From Octopus bimaculoides (taxonomy: Eukaryota), in assembly GCF_001194135.2 (NCBI RefSeq), contig NC_068989.1:64006759-64045168 (forward strand): a stretch of 38,410 nucleotides of DNA. The letters are read 5' to 3'. This document shows, piece after piece, positions 12,849 through 23,499 of this stretch (position 1 is the first letter of the stretch; each line of letters opens with the position of its first letter). The notes beneath the pieces were generated by a model. The model made no database searches, was not told where the DNA came from, and worked only from the letters and a program-made list of their open reading frames with translations. The position numbers were made by a program, and so were the translations under genes.

Positions 12849-12882
12849 TGGCTACTTACCACACAGCATATAAGTGTGAGAC

Positions 12883-12990
12883 GCTTACAGCACCAAGGTT
12901 TCCCAAGCGGTTATCGATCTAAGTACTCACTAGGCTTGACGTTGCTTAACTTCGGTGATCGGACGAGAGCCGATGCTTTATGGCCGTATA
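12883..12990 (-). pseudogene. 5S rRNA: 5S rRNA pseudogene
   Basis: Reverse complement TACGGCCATA-AAGCATCGGCTCTCGTCCGATCACCGAAGTTAAGCAACGTCAAGCCTAGTGAGTACTTAGATCGATAACCGCTTGGGAAACCTTGGTGCTGTAAGC aligns end to end with metazoan 5S; about 9 nt deleted near the 5' end and the C-box region mutated. Confidence 0.9.
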
Positions 12991-13111
12991 TTATATCTAC
13001 ATATATATAATATATATTATATATATGTATATAATATATATATACACCTGTTTGTTGTCTATACCACCTGTCTTCGTCTTTTGTTTCTTTGTGAATTCTC
13101 CCCTATATATA

Positions 13112-13157
<46 letters not shown>

Positions 13158-13581
13158 NNNNNNNNNNNNNNNNNNNNNNNNNNNNNNNNNNNNNNNNNNN
13201 NNNNNNNNNNNNNNNNNNNNNNNNNNNNNNNNNNNNNNNNNNNNNNNNNNNNNNNNNNNNNNNNNNNNNNNNNNNNNNNNNNNNNNNNNNNNNNNNNNNN
13301 NNNNNNNNNNNNNNNNNNNNNNNNNNNNNNNNNNNNNNNNNNNNNNNNNNNNNNNNNNNNNNNNNNNNNNNNNNNNNNNNNNNNNNNNNNNNNNNNNNNN
13401 NNNNNNNNNNNNNNNNNNNNNNNNNNNNNNNNNNNNNNNNNNNNNNNNNNNNNNNNNNNNNNNNNNNNNNNNNNNNNNNNNNNNNNNNNNNNNNNNNNNN
13501 NNNNNNNNNNNNNNNNNNNNNNNNNNNNNNNNNNNNNNNNNNNNNNNNNNNNNNNNNNNNNNNNNNNNNNNNNNNNNNNNA

Positions 13582-13801
13582 GACAAATACATAACAAAAA
13601 CACCAGGACTTACAAATATATATAACATACAGAAAATTGCACTACTGGGCACTGCACACATCCTACGCAAAACACTTTCAATACAGTAACCATAAGAGCA
13701 CCACAGCAAACCACAGCACATACCCAAGGCGCACAGAGCTGCGCTCGGTAGTGAAGTGAAAGCACGTTATAAAAATAAAACTACTGAACAATAATAATAA
13801 T
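13582..13801 (+). mobile_element. R4/Dong-like LINE 3' end (young copy) with 3'UTR and (AAT)n tail
   Basis: Open frame DKYITKTPGLTNIYNIQKIALLGTAHILRKTLSIQ* (13582-13689) is the RLE-LINE C-terminus; about 100-bp UTR then aataataataat; upstream part lost in the gap. Confidence 0.8.
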
Positions 13802-14865
13802 GAGGAGGAGGAGGAGGAGGAGGAGGAGGAGGATAGTAACGATATTAACCGATAGGCGAAGCTAACTGAAAATAGAAGAAAACATTACAGAAATCAATGA
13901 ATAAGAATTCAAACGTAAACACCTTTCAAAGTTACAAACGAATAAATAATTAACCTTACGGAAGAATAACTAAATCTTTTATAGACTCACAGAAACTTAT
14001 GTTCACAGCAACCGCATCTACGATTATTTATGCATTAAATCATCTGATGTGTGTAGTAGCAGTAGTAATACCGATAGAAACTTCATTTGATCTTAAGAGG
14101 GATAAACTCTCATTCAAACCCACCACTAACAGTAATATAATATAGACATAACACTGAGAAAAATAGTATAGAAGGGAAACTTAACGATGTTAACTAGAAA
14201 AAGGAGAAACTTAGTGAACTAGAAAAAGGAGGTTGGTATTAGTGAACTAGAAATATGGGGGTACAACATGAAAATGAAAAAGGACCCCAATAATAAAAAC
14301 TACTATAATAATTTAAAATAAGACGCTTTTCAGAATGAAAAAGTAAACGTCAAAAACTTTAAAAACAAAACAGTGACGCTTTGAATGCGAATTCCTCTTT
14401 CAGAAGAATGAAGTACCTCAATGAAATAACAAAACATTAGATGACACACCAATATCTGGGAATGTGGAACATAGATAGTCAGCAGAATGAGAATTGGTGG
14501 GGGATCAAAGGTGAAGCGGAACAAAACAAAATAGCACCGGACGAAAATAACATAGTCCATCTAAATCAGCAAGGAACGTACTGAGAACTACAAACGATTC
14601 GAATTGACAAGGTTCCCTATTTCTGGTTGCCATATGTGTTAATAACTATAGGTGTCAGTACCTAGCATTCAAGGAAGTGAGTAAACCAGACTCAACCTCT
14701 TATTTTTTGCTAAAGGGAAAAGAAATCCATTAATTCCTCCGAAACATAATAGCAGAGATTCACAAAATTATTCACCTGTAAGATACTGGCCAACAATATA
14801 TAATGTGTTTGCATCCATACTAAATAAAAGACTGGTTATGAATTTTGATTACGATATAATATTGG

Positions 14866-15056
14866 TTTCACACTTCGGCGGAGGGGGTAAATTGATTACA
14901 TCGACCCCAGTTTTCAACTGGTCCTTATTTTATCGATCTCGAAAGGATAAAAAACGAAGTCAACTCCAGCGGAATTTGAACTCAAAATGTAGAGAGGGAC
15001 AAAAGTCTGCTAAGCATTTTGGTCGGTGTTCTAACGATTCTGCTAGCTCACCACCC
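14866..15056 (-). mobile_element. tRNA-derived SINE (fifth family) inserted in the R4-like relic
   Basis: Head rc ggtggtgagctagcagaatcgttagaacaccgacc...gagttcaaattccgctggagttgac; same family as the copies at 37500-37900. Confidence 0.85.
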
Positions 15057-15283
15057 TCATTACAATATTATATTAACAAGGAATAAAAAGATGTCTAATG
15101 AAATGAAAGACCTGTATGATAGTAAAGAGCAGTGAATGCTGAATAGAATGATTCTAGGAATCAGTAAAATGATGATAACAAAACTCTAAATGCCCTGGAT
15201 TGGTTAGCGAAAGCCATCTTTTCTTTTCGGAATCCCACAGTCGAGAATACTCGAGACCCTACACAGAAATAAATCAGTATTAA

Positions 15284-15651
15284 TAAATTCAAATTACGAT
15301 AAACGTAAACAAACAAAGGAAATTTGCTTTTAGAAGCGTTGAGATGTCTTAGAAAGTTAAAGAAGTGATTTTAAATTCTCAATCGCAGGATAATGCTAAT
15401 AATATAGCATGAGCAGGACAAACTACCTCTATTTTGCAGAAAAAAAGTGTAGGGGGTTAGCTATGAGACTCGACCTCACACCTCCGTGATTACGCGTCGC
15501 GGTGCTCTGACCGATTGAGCTAAACTCCTCCACTACAGATTCATCTGCAAATTTAAGATGTATAGAAATCTCGCTTTATGAGACGCTATCATATGTTAAA
15601 TTCAAATTACGATAAACGTAAACAAACAAACGAAGTTTGCTTTTAGAAGCG
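15284..15651. repeat. 55-bp direct repeats (15284-15338 and 15597-15651) flanking a 258-bp insert
   Basis: taaattcaaattacgataaacgtaaacaaacaaa[g/c]gaa[a/g]tttgcttttagaagcg occurs twice with 2 mismatches. Confidence 0.95.
15456..15528 (-). tRNA. tRNA-like sequence/pseudogene (CGT anticodon position, Thr-type)
   Basis: rc GGAGTTTAGCTCAATCGGTCAGAGCACCGCGA-CGCGTAA-TCACGGAGGTGTGAG-GTCGAGT-CTCATAGCTAAC: D-arm, anticodon arm and T-arm pair; acceptor stem does not pair, U33 and the T-loop are degenerate; T7 run about 10 nt downstream. Confidence 0.55.
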
Positions 15652-16303
15652 ACGTGTTATGATGCCAGAAAACAACAATATAATTAGGAAATAAGAAATG
15701 ATATTATGGAGTGAAATCTTCCAAAACTCCTATTTTGTTAATATCCCTCCTACTCTTTGTCTAGCTCTGACCCTCATTAAATACCTCTTAGACCCGTTGT
15801 TGGACAGATGTTACAGACCATATTATGAACTATCTAACCTATGCGAGTGACTTATATATTCAAATATATTGAAAGGAAAATACCCAACATGAAAACGTAA
15901 TTATAACTGTTCAATGTTCAATATATTCAGCAGAGACATAAAAATGAGTAAGAAATGGAACAACTGTGCTAAATCTACAATAAGAAAGAGAAAATAATTG
16001 AAGCTGAGGTTTTTAATTACATGAATATCAAAATTAGACATTTAGATCAGAACCGCCATTACAAACATTTAGGATTATACGAAACTGATAAATCTAACAC
16101 TCAAACATTAAGGGAAATAGGATATTGTATTACAGATGAGTATGACTAGTATTAGAAATGCAAGAAATAAGGTGATAGGAATAAGTAAGTTGGTCGTCCC
16201 AGTTATAAATTATAGCTTCAACATATAAACTTTATGTGGAATTAACTGAAAAGTTTAGACAGAAACACCAGCAAATAATAGGTCTCAGGTTTACGAAGAC
16301 ATC

Positions 16304-16452
<149 letters not shown>

Positions 16453-16905
16453 TGTGATGGCGTAGCTGTGTAGTAAGAAGCTTGCTTCCAACTACACGGT
16501 TCCAGGTTCAGTTCCACTGCGTAGCACCTTGGGCAAGTGTCTTCTACTGTAGCCTCGGGCCGACCACAGCCTTGTGGTTGTATTTGGTAGAAGGAAACTG
16601 AAAGAAGGCCGTCGTACATATATAGATATATATGTATACATATATGTGAATGTGTGCGTTTATGAATATATGTATGCATGTTTGTCTTTGTGTCTGTGTT
16701 TGTCCACCACTCCTACCAACTCCCCATCACTTGACAACCGATGTTTACGTCCCCGTAATTTAGTGGTTCGTAAAAGAAAATGATAGAATAAGTACTAGAC
16801 TTACAAAGAATAAGTCCTGGAGTTAATTTTTTGACTAAAACTGTAAGGACGCGTTCCAGCATAGCTGCAGTCAAATGACTGATACATGTTAAGGAATAAA
16901 AGAAT
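16453..16905 (+). mobile_element. tRNA-derived SINE, abundant family, full length
   Basis: Head gctgtgtagtaagaagcttgcttcc...caggttcagttccactgcgtagcaccttgggcaag; internal AT/GT repeat; 3' module gttccagcatagctgcagtcaaatgactga plus gaataaaagaata tail. Confidence 0.9.
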
Positions 16906-16914
16906 ATATACATA

Positions 16915-17426
16915 CAAGGTGTTCCAAAAGTCACTGATTGGTTTCAATTTTTAATAATTTACTTTACTTTAAAAATAAGTGCAAGAAATGTTGATACAAT
17001 ATAAGGGACATAATGGAAATCAATATGCACAAGTCAAATTTTGCAACACAACTACATCACATATGAAAAATGACATCGCTTAAATGGCTGGCACTTTTAG
17101 CTTCGCACGTCGAAACTCTTTCCAAAACTTGCACCATAATACCCTCAAGAGTTTCATACCCCACTTCTCTGATTTCTCTATTGATGTTCTCCTTCAGTTG
17201 CACCAGGATCTCCGGTTTGTTGGACCCTCTCTTTCAGGTATCCCCACAAGAAAAAAATCCGGCTAGTCAAGTTTGGGGAACGTGAAGGCAAGTTGAGATC
17301 GTCATAGCGGGAGACTATTCTCTCTTCATAGCACTGCCGAAGCAGCTGATTTGTTTCTTTTGCGATATGAACAGTTGCCTCATCTTGCTGGAACCATGTA
17401 GAAGCTCTACTTTGAATAGCCTTCAC
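16915..17426 (-). mobile_element. DD41D (rosa/Visitor-type) Tc1/mariner transposon, 3' part with TIR
   Basis: WFQQDEATVH...LPSRSPNLT..(D)FFLWGYLKERV...LKENINREI...HLSDVIFHM*; 41 residues between the 2nd and 3rd catalytic D when one frameshift is corrected; TA|caaggtgttccaaaagt TIR at 16913-16931. Confidence 0.8.
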
Positions 17427-17530
17427 GATTTTTTTCTTGTGGGGATTCCTGAAAGTGAGGGTTTATGTCAACAAACCGGAGACCCTGATGCAACTGAAGG
17501 AGAACATCAAGAGAGAAATCAAAGAAGCGG
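17427..17530 (+). mobile_element. Inverted second copy of the DD41D transposase segment
   Basis: DFFLWGFLKVRVYVNKPETLMQLKENIKREIKE on +; reverse-complement match to 17161-17259. Confidence 0.85.
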
Positions 17531-17544
17531 AGTCTGTTTGGCTA

Positions 17545-17730
17545 GGGTTTTGGGATGTTGGATGAGGACTTGTGGTTATTAAAGCGGGTTCTAAAGGAGC
17601 TTTCCGTTGCCTCCACATATTTCCGCACGCTCGGTTGTTTATTGGGTCCTTTTGCTGTTACTTCTGCCTCGTAAACCACTGTTTCCGTATTGCAGTGACT
17701 GCTTAGAGGACAAGTTGTGTTTGACCTGCA
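17545..17730 (-). mobile_element. Penelope-like element, GIY-YIG endonuclease fragment
   Basis: CRSNTTCPLSSHCNTETVVYEAEVT...RKYVEATESSFRTRFNNHKSS matches the PLE CxCxxxxxCPL..C....VVY...YIG.T...FK.RF.NH..S pattern. Confidence 0.8.
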
Positions 17731-17731
17731 T

Positions 17732-18306
17732 AAAAGCGGACCATTTTTGCATTGTATTGTTACGTGCGATGAAAAATGGATCCTTTTCAACAATAGCAAG
17801 CGTTCTGCACGGTGGTTGGGTAGAGACGAAGTGCCAAAACACAATCCAAAACAGAATATTCACCAAACAAATCTAATGGTGTCCTTTTGGTGGTCAAGCG
17901 CTGGTGTCATCCACTACAGCTTCATGAGAACTGGTAAATCAATTACAGCGGATGTATACATCAACCAATTGGATGAAATTATGCGTGAACTTACAAGTAC
18001 TCTGTCATCCACCATATTAACCAGACCTTTCACCAACTGGCTATCACGTTCTCCAGGCATTAGACAACTTTTACAATGAAAAGACTTCAAATCCAAAGAA
18101 AATGCCAAAAAAAAGCCTTTCGTGATCTCATCACCTCTTGCTCTCCAGAAATTTTCGCTGTCGGCATAAATAAGCTACTGAAAAAATGGCAAAATTGTGT
18201 TGATAATTTAGCTGCATACTTTGATTAACTGCATTTCTTTTTGTTGAGATAAAGAAAAAATAAACTTTCAGTTCAATGTCGGTCATTTCATTCTTAATAA
18301 CCTGAT
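17732..18306 (+). mobile_element. Mariner (cecropia/Hsmar1-like) 3' half, internally deleted, with 3' TIR
   Basis: FLHCIVTCDEKWILFNN...LMVSFWWSSAGVIHYSF...YINQLDEI; then PDLSPTGYH...KWQNCVDNLAAYFD*; terminal cttaataacctga|TA. Confidence 0.88.
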
Positions 18307-18308
18307 AT

Positions 18309-18665
18309 AGTTATCTCCACTTGGCCATGCACCAACAGTTCAACGTTAAGGCGAAGAAGTGTTATAAGCGCACACCAGGCATTGTTGACGACAATGCTCT
18401 GGAAACAATTCATATGGGATACTCAAACCAAACTGAAAATGAGATGAAAGAAAACTATCCAGATATAATAATTATGAACTGGAAAGAAAATATCGGCATT
18501 CTGTCAGAAACTGCATTCCCTGTTGAGTAAAACATTATCTAAGAGAAAGAGAATTTGTTAAAATACAAGAGTTTAGAAACTGAAATAAACAGAATTTGGG
18601 TTACGAAAGCATAAAGAGGAACAATAGAATCAGAGAACTTGGTATGATAGAAAAACAAACACATA
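18309..18665 (+). mobile_element. R4/Dong-like LINE RLE domain relic (probable continuation of 14310-16290)
   Basis: YLHLAMHQQFNVKAKKCYKRTP...KENYPDIIIMNWKE...EKENLLKYKSLETEINRIW matches KWY.H.P...NRPDI...KE.EK..KYKDLEIE..RMW. Confidence 0.75.
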
Positions 18666-18675
18666 CGTATAATAT

Positions 18676-20290
18676 ATGGTAGGACATTTTCTGTCCAGTT
18701 GCAAACCCCAACCACTACACGCTAATATTGTAACGCAAGCTTCGCACAATCGTCGTCGCCGACTTTATCTCGTATCCGAGAATTTAGTTTCTTCTTTGCT
18801 GAATGCTTCTTTTATGGTGATGGCGTAAGTAGACCAATTCTTGCATAGAAAAGTCGATGGCATTGACGGCATGGTAATGTTAGTGGAGGACGATGTTGAT
18901 TTTGACGAACCTTTCTCTCCTGTCTTTTGATTTCTTCCTTTTCTAGTGGCTTCTAAGTATTTGGTTCCGATGGTGATGGAATACCGCCATTTGGTACGGT
19001 CTCTGGCTTGTGTTTCATCCAATTTAGTCTCAATACCAATGACTTTCAGTGTTGTTTCGAGTTGACCCTTGTATCTTCAAAGAGGGCAGTCACGTGATCT
19101 TTTCCCTGAAGAGAGCTCGCTGAATAAGACTTGGCGTAGGAACCTTAATTCTTCCATTCTTACTATATCTCCTGACCATCGAAGACAGTGTTTCATGATC
19201 AGTGATTTGATATTTTTACTGTTGACTCTTTCCAGGACTTTTGTGGTTGGTCACGTAGTGTTTCCATTTGATGCTCAAGAGTGAACAAAGCGTCTGTTGG
19301 TGAGAAGTTTCTAATTGCTAGAGGTCGCAATGATTATCCAGGATTCGCAGCTATATAGCAAGGTTGAAATGACAACAAAACAGCTTTATAGGCCATAGTT
19401 TTCGTTGTTAAGTTCATATCTTTGTTGTTGAAGGAGCATTCCAAGTGCCCCATGTGCAGCTCCAATTTTGTGTTCCATATCCTTTTCTGGGTGCACTTGT
19501 TTGCTAAAAGACATCCTAGATATGGAAAATGCTCTACTTGATCGAGAGGTATATCAGAGATGATTACATCAAAATCTGGTGAGATAGTATGTGGGGCTGG
19601 TTGTGCAAAGACCTTGGTTTTCTTGTTTACTGTAAGGTTAAAGTAGTGGTGGGAGGCCATAGTAAAGTTGATCAACGTGTTAGAGTTCTTCTTTTGAATG
19701 ACAGAGAGTAGCACTGTCATCAATATACTGAAGTTTTGAAAAGTGCTGCATGTGTGTTATATATTTAGATCGAAATCTACTAAGATTGAAAAGTCCTCCA
19801 TCATACCAATATTTGATGTCAACTCCTGAATTGTCTGGAAGAAGTTCGTGAAGCATTGCAGCCAGATACAAGGAGACTTGCATAGATGTCAAGACACATG
19901 CTCATTTAGTCAACACGTGATTGAAAATTCTGTTTTGGTAGTATACACGTCCAGACCTATTGTCATATATTGCTTAAGCCAGCGAGATAATCTGATCAGG
20001 GTATCTAAACGATAAAGAAACTTCCACTCTTGGAACACTATCAAAAGCCTTTTATAAGTCATAGTAAACAAGGAAAATGGGATTCTGTTGTTCTCTGCTT
20101 TTTTTCTTGGAAACGCGTTGCTCAGAAAATCATGTCAATTGTGTCAAGATAGGTGCAGAATTTACATTGAGATTCTGATAGGATCTTTTCGGTGATGGTT
20201 TGGAGCCTATTTAAAAAATCCTGGCGAAGACCTTTCCAGTGATGGAAAGTAATTATAGTTCCCACGGACTTTTCGATCACCATTTCTGAA
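18676..20290 (-). mobile_element. RTE-clade LINE relic (RT domain plus C-terminus, about 1.6 kb)
   Basis: ITGKVFARI..NRLQTITEKILSESQC...TIDMIF...EQQNPIFLVYYDL*KAFDSVP; GGLFNLSRFRSK...LQYIDDS; EHFPYLG; NKDMNLTTKTMAYKAV; ARDRTKWRYSITIG. Confidence 0.88.
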
Positions 20291-20384
20291 GGTACAATAA
20301 AGACTTATTCAATTACACAACACAGACAACACTTACTGTGTAGGACTAACACCGTATAAAAACACTTAGCATACACAGAAACAC

Positions 20385-20610
20385 ACACACGCACACACAC
20401 ATTCTCGCTCTCTCCCTCTCTCTCTCTCTCGGATACACACACATTCTCACTCTCTCTCACTCTCTCTCTCAGATACACACACATTCTCACTCTCTCTCTC
20501 TCTCTCTCTCTCAGATACACACACATCCTCACTCTCTCTCTCTCTCTCTCAGATACACACACATTCTCACTCTCTCTCTCTCTCTCTCACTCTATCTCTC
20601 TCTCTCACTT

Positions 20611-20652
<42 letters not shown>
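20385..20652. repeat. Compound minisatellite: about 4 units of cagatacacacacattctcact(ct)n plus (CA)n
   Basis: Repeated gatacacacacatt motif separated by variable (CT)n. Confidence 0.9.
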
Positions 20653-20653
<1 letters not shown>

Positions 20654-20929
20654 AAACCTACATAACTATTAATCGTGTGAAAGCATCAACAATTCTTAGA
20701 CTCGATTCCCGTCCGACACTGAAACAAATCACTATTTATAATACACTTTGAGACATAAACTGTTGAAATCGTTAAAAGTTGGTTATACGTTTTAAATCAC
20801 AATATCAAATAATACGCCTTCTGGTGTTGTGGACATTTTGAAAAATAACCCTCGGTTACTTTACTTCTTTTTTAGTGAAACATTTGATTTTGTTAATTGG
20901 TTGTTGTTATTATAGGTGTTACATTTCTT

Positions 20930-21260
20930 TAGCTCGAAGATAGAACTCTGATAAATGGGTTTACGCCATTCATATCTTCTCTTTTTTAACGCAGCATAAA
21001 TTCCAGGTCATATTATCAACTAAAACAGCAAGTTGTATTTTTGAGGAAGGCTTGACAGCTGGAAGTATCCAAATTAGTTTTGTAGAACCCACTTCATGGT
21101 GATGTAAGAAGAGGAAAATGTCGTCACACTTCCCTCAACAACGTGATCGCAGACACTAGCCTGGTATGTATGCAGGACCTCGAGGCAGTAACCGAGAAGT
21201 GTGGAGGGTGGATTTTGTCGCTGCGTCTCGGGTTAAGACCCAGCCATAATAATAATAATA
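20930..21260 (+). mobile_element. RTE-clade LINE extreme 3' end relic with (AAT)n tail
   Basis: EVSKLVL*NPLHGDVRRGKCRHTSLNNVIADTSL.CMQDLEAV (cf. SKLVLW.P.HG.R.RGRP....DN...DTGL) followed by ataataataataat. Confidence 0.55.
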
Positions 21261-21649
21261 ATTGACAACTGCTAGTGTTAAGTAAAGCGACCGTTTGAAG
21301 GTTCATGGTTATTCGTTTGTGTTTAGCAGTTTGTTGTGACAGTGTAAAATTAACACTTAAATTTCTGTTGTAAATAAATATGGATGGACAAGAAAATGCA
21401 ACAGGAAATAAGATCTTTGAATATGCTAAATTGGTTTCAAATGAATGTATCTTGAAAATGTTCTACGGATTATTCGACTTCATGTGTCACTTCTAAGGGA
21501 AAACAACGATTGCTGAAACGCAAATTTATTCGTTTGGTTACTATGGCAGCAAGCATGTGATGCGAATTCTTGGCTTTTGTTGCTCAGAGCAACACAATAT
21601 TTTATCGCCAAAAACCAAAAGTACGTCATAAAATTAAGTTGAACACCTA

Positions 21650-21759
21650 TTGTATCTCTCTCCTTCTTTCTTTCTCCCTCTTTCCTTCTTTCCTTCTCTC
21701 ATCCTTCTGTTTCTCTCGCTTTCGCTTTCTTTCCCTCTCTGTCTTTCTCCCTCTCTCTT

Positions 21760-21831
<72 letters not shown>
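21650..21831. repeat. CT-rich tract and (CT)n microsatellite
   Basis: Direct reading. Confidence 0.95.
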
Positions 21832-21834
<3 letters not shown>

Positions 21835-22482
21835 ATATATCAGGCTATACGCTACATAGTTTAAAAGAATACATTATCATTTGACTTTACTTGGCACATG
21901 CGTATTGACGTTCGAAATTATTTAAAACTGAGCCCAGTCCCAGAGAACAGTTTATGTGCAGACGTAAATGTCCCATGCAATTCATCTTTTTAAACATTCC
22001 ACACACTTCGTCTGCTTCTACTGTTCATTTCATTATATCGTTGTGTTACGCGTTCTCACAATATATTTTCCAATTTCTATTCAATTACATTATAGCTTTC
22101 AGTTTTACATTTTCAATTTTTTCCTGTCACATCTTGTGGATGCTTTTTAAGAATAAAAAATGCAATCACTTCTTTAATGAAATATTTCTTTCTGTTCCAC
22201 TTCGATAAAAAATTAAAGTTGCCCTACGAAAAAATTATAGGCTTCTTTAGCTCGAAGATAGAACTCTGATAAATGGGTTTACGCCATTCATATCTTCTCT
22301 TTTTTAAGATGTGACAGTGTGCACTAAATCTCATTTACTATGCACCTCATGTATCTAAGATGACATTAATTTGTGACTCCTTAATTACACAATATTGTTT
22401 TGTGGCTATTTCTAACAGGTACAGCAGCCTGTATGAATGTATGCTTGCATGTTTGTACGAATAAAGGGCTTACTTATAACAC

Positions 22483-22776
22483 GAATAAAAAATAAAAAAT
22501 TTTGAATGGTACAACAATGCACTATAATACAAAAAATGGATTATATACTTGTTGTAATTTAGTTATCTATAGCCCGGTGATATTTCGGAATACAATTCCT
22601 TCTTCAGATCTTCTTAGATGGAATCTCTGCTATCAACATTAGTTGATAGCAGAGACTCCATCTAAGAACATCGGAAGAAGGAATTGTATTCCGAAATATC
22701 ACCGGACTATAGATAACTAAATTACACCAAGTATATAGTTCATTTTTGTACTATTCAAACTTTTTATTTTTTATTC
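22483..22776. repeat. Long near-perfect palindrome (core 22528-22750, 4-nt loop atta at 22638-22641)
   Basis: Arms of about 110 bp are reverse complements with few mismatches; a looser AT-rich extension adds about 40 bp on the left and about 25 bp on the right. Confidence 0.95.
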
Positions 22777-23499
22777 TTTACAAATAATACACAATGTTTC
22801 AAGCGAACTACAATACTCTCTTACTTATAACAGTCAAGAAAAATTGTTTAATCAGCGACGTAGGAAACGGTGTTAAGTCCCAATACGTTTGTGAAAAGAA
22901 CTCAACGTTCCAGTCAATAATTTCTGTCAAAGTTTCCATTCAATGAATTTTTAAAAACCAAACAATAATCATTTGTTTTTCTTTGGAATTATATTTTCTC
23001 CTTTCTCTCAGAAATTAAGGTTTACAGTAATTACAACCGCAACTGTTTCTGCGCCCTTAAACATATTCCACTGCCTAAAATGCATCTATTTATGAATTCA
23101 TTGAAAGCATAGCTTCACTTTCTGAAATATAAAATTTTCATTCTTTCATTTTCATTTTATTTTTATTGTCATTATATGTGGGGAAAATATGCATACTTAG
23201 ATATATATGCATATGCTTAGGTACACACCAAAGTGGTGCGTTTGAATGTCCACTGAACCTGTTAGAAACACCGGCCAAACAACAACTTACTGACAGATAA
23301 ATGTTATTCTACTTATATCCTAAAAATACATATCGTAGTCAGTCGAAATGTATATATTTTTACATTAACTGAATTTTTTTTTTTTTTGTTTCAATTTATG
23401 AAATGTAAAAATATCATTGATTTAGTTTACATTTCCGAATACAAAATATAACAGGAAAAAGAACAAATTATTATAAACCTGAAATAAATAAAGAACGCA

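Larger units (their letters stand above)
14310..16290 (+). mobile_element. R4/Dong-like LINE reverse transcriptase relic (interrupted)
   Basis: Collinear degenerate RT motifs: DKVPYFWL; NYSPVRYWPTIYNVFASIL (cf. NYRPITCLPT.YK.LTSIL); YDSKEQ*MLNRMIL; MPWIG*RK; IPQSRILETLHRNK; EIFQ; LLF(C)LALT; MNYLTYASDLYI (cf. HLLYMDDLKLY); FSRDIKM...NCAKSTI; HYKHLG; NARNKVIGISKLVVPVINYSFNI. Confidence 0.75.
20925..22307 (+). repeat. Identical 65-bp direct repeats at 20925-20989 and 22243-22307
   Basis: ttctttagctcgaagatagaactctgataaatgggtttacgccattcatatcttctcttttttaa occurs twice with no mismatch. Confidence 0.95.

Noticed and set aside
12818-12868. 18-bp direct repeat gctacttaccacacagca as a TSD
   Set aside because: The repeat is part of the SINE head itself, so it is a local duplication rather than a target-site duplication.
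15456-15528. Functional tRNA-Thr(CGT) gene
   Set aside because: Acceptor stem unpaired, G at position 33 and a non-canonical T-loop; kept only as tRNA-like.
20385-20600. Regularly spaced repeats resembling a CRISPR array (also the 19-bp units at 30111-30162)
   Set aside because: Eukaryotic context, spacers are simple (CT)n or absent, and there are no cas genes; these are minisatellites.
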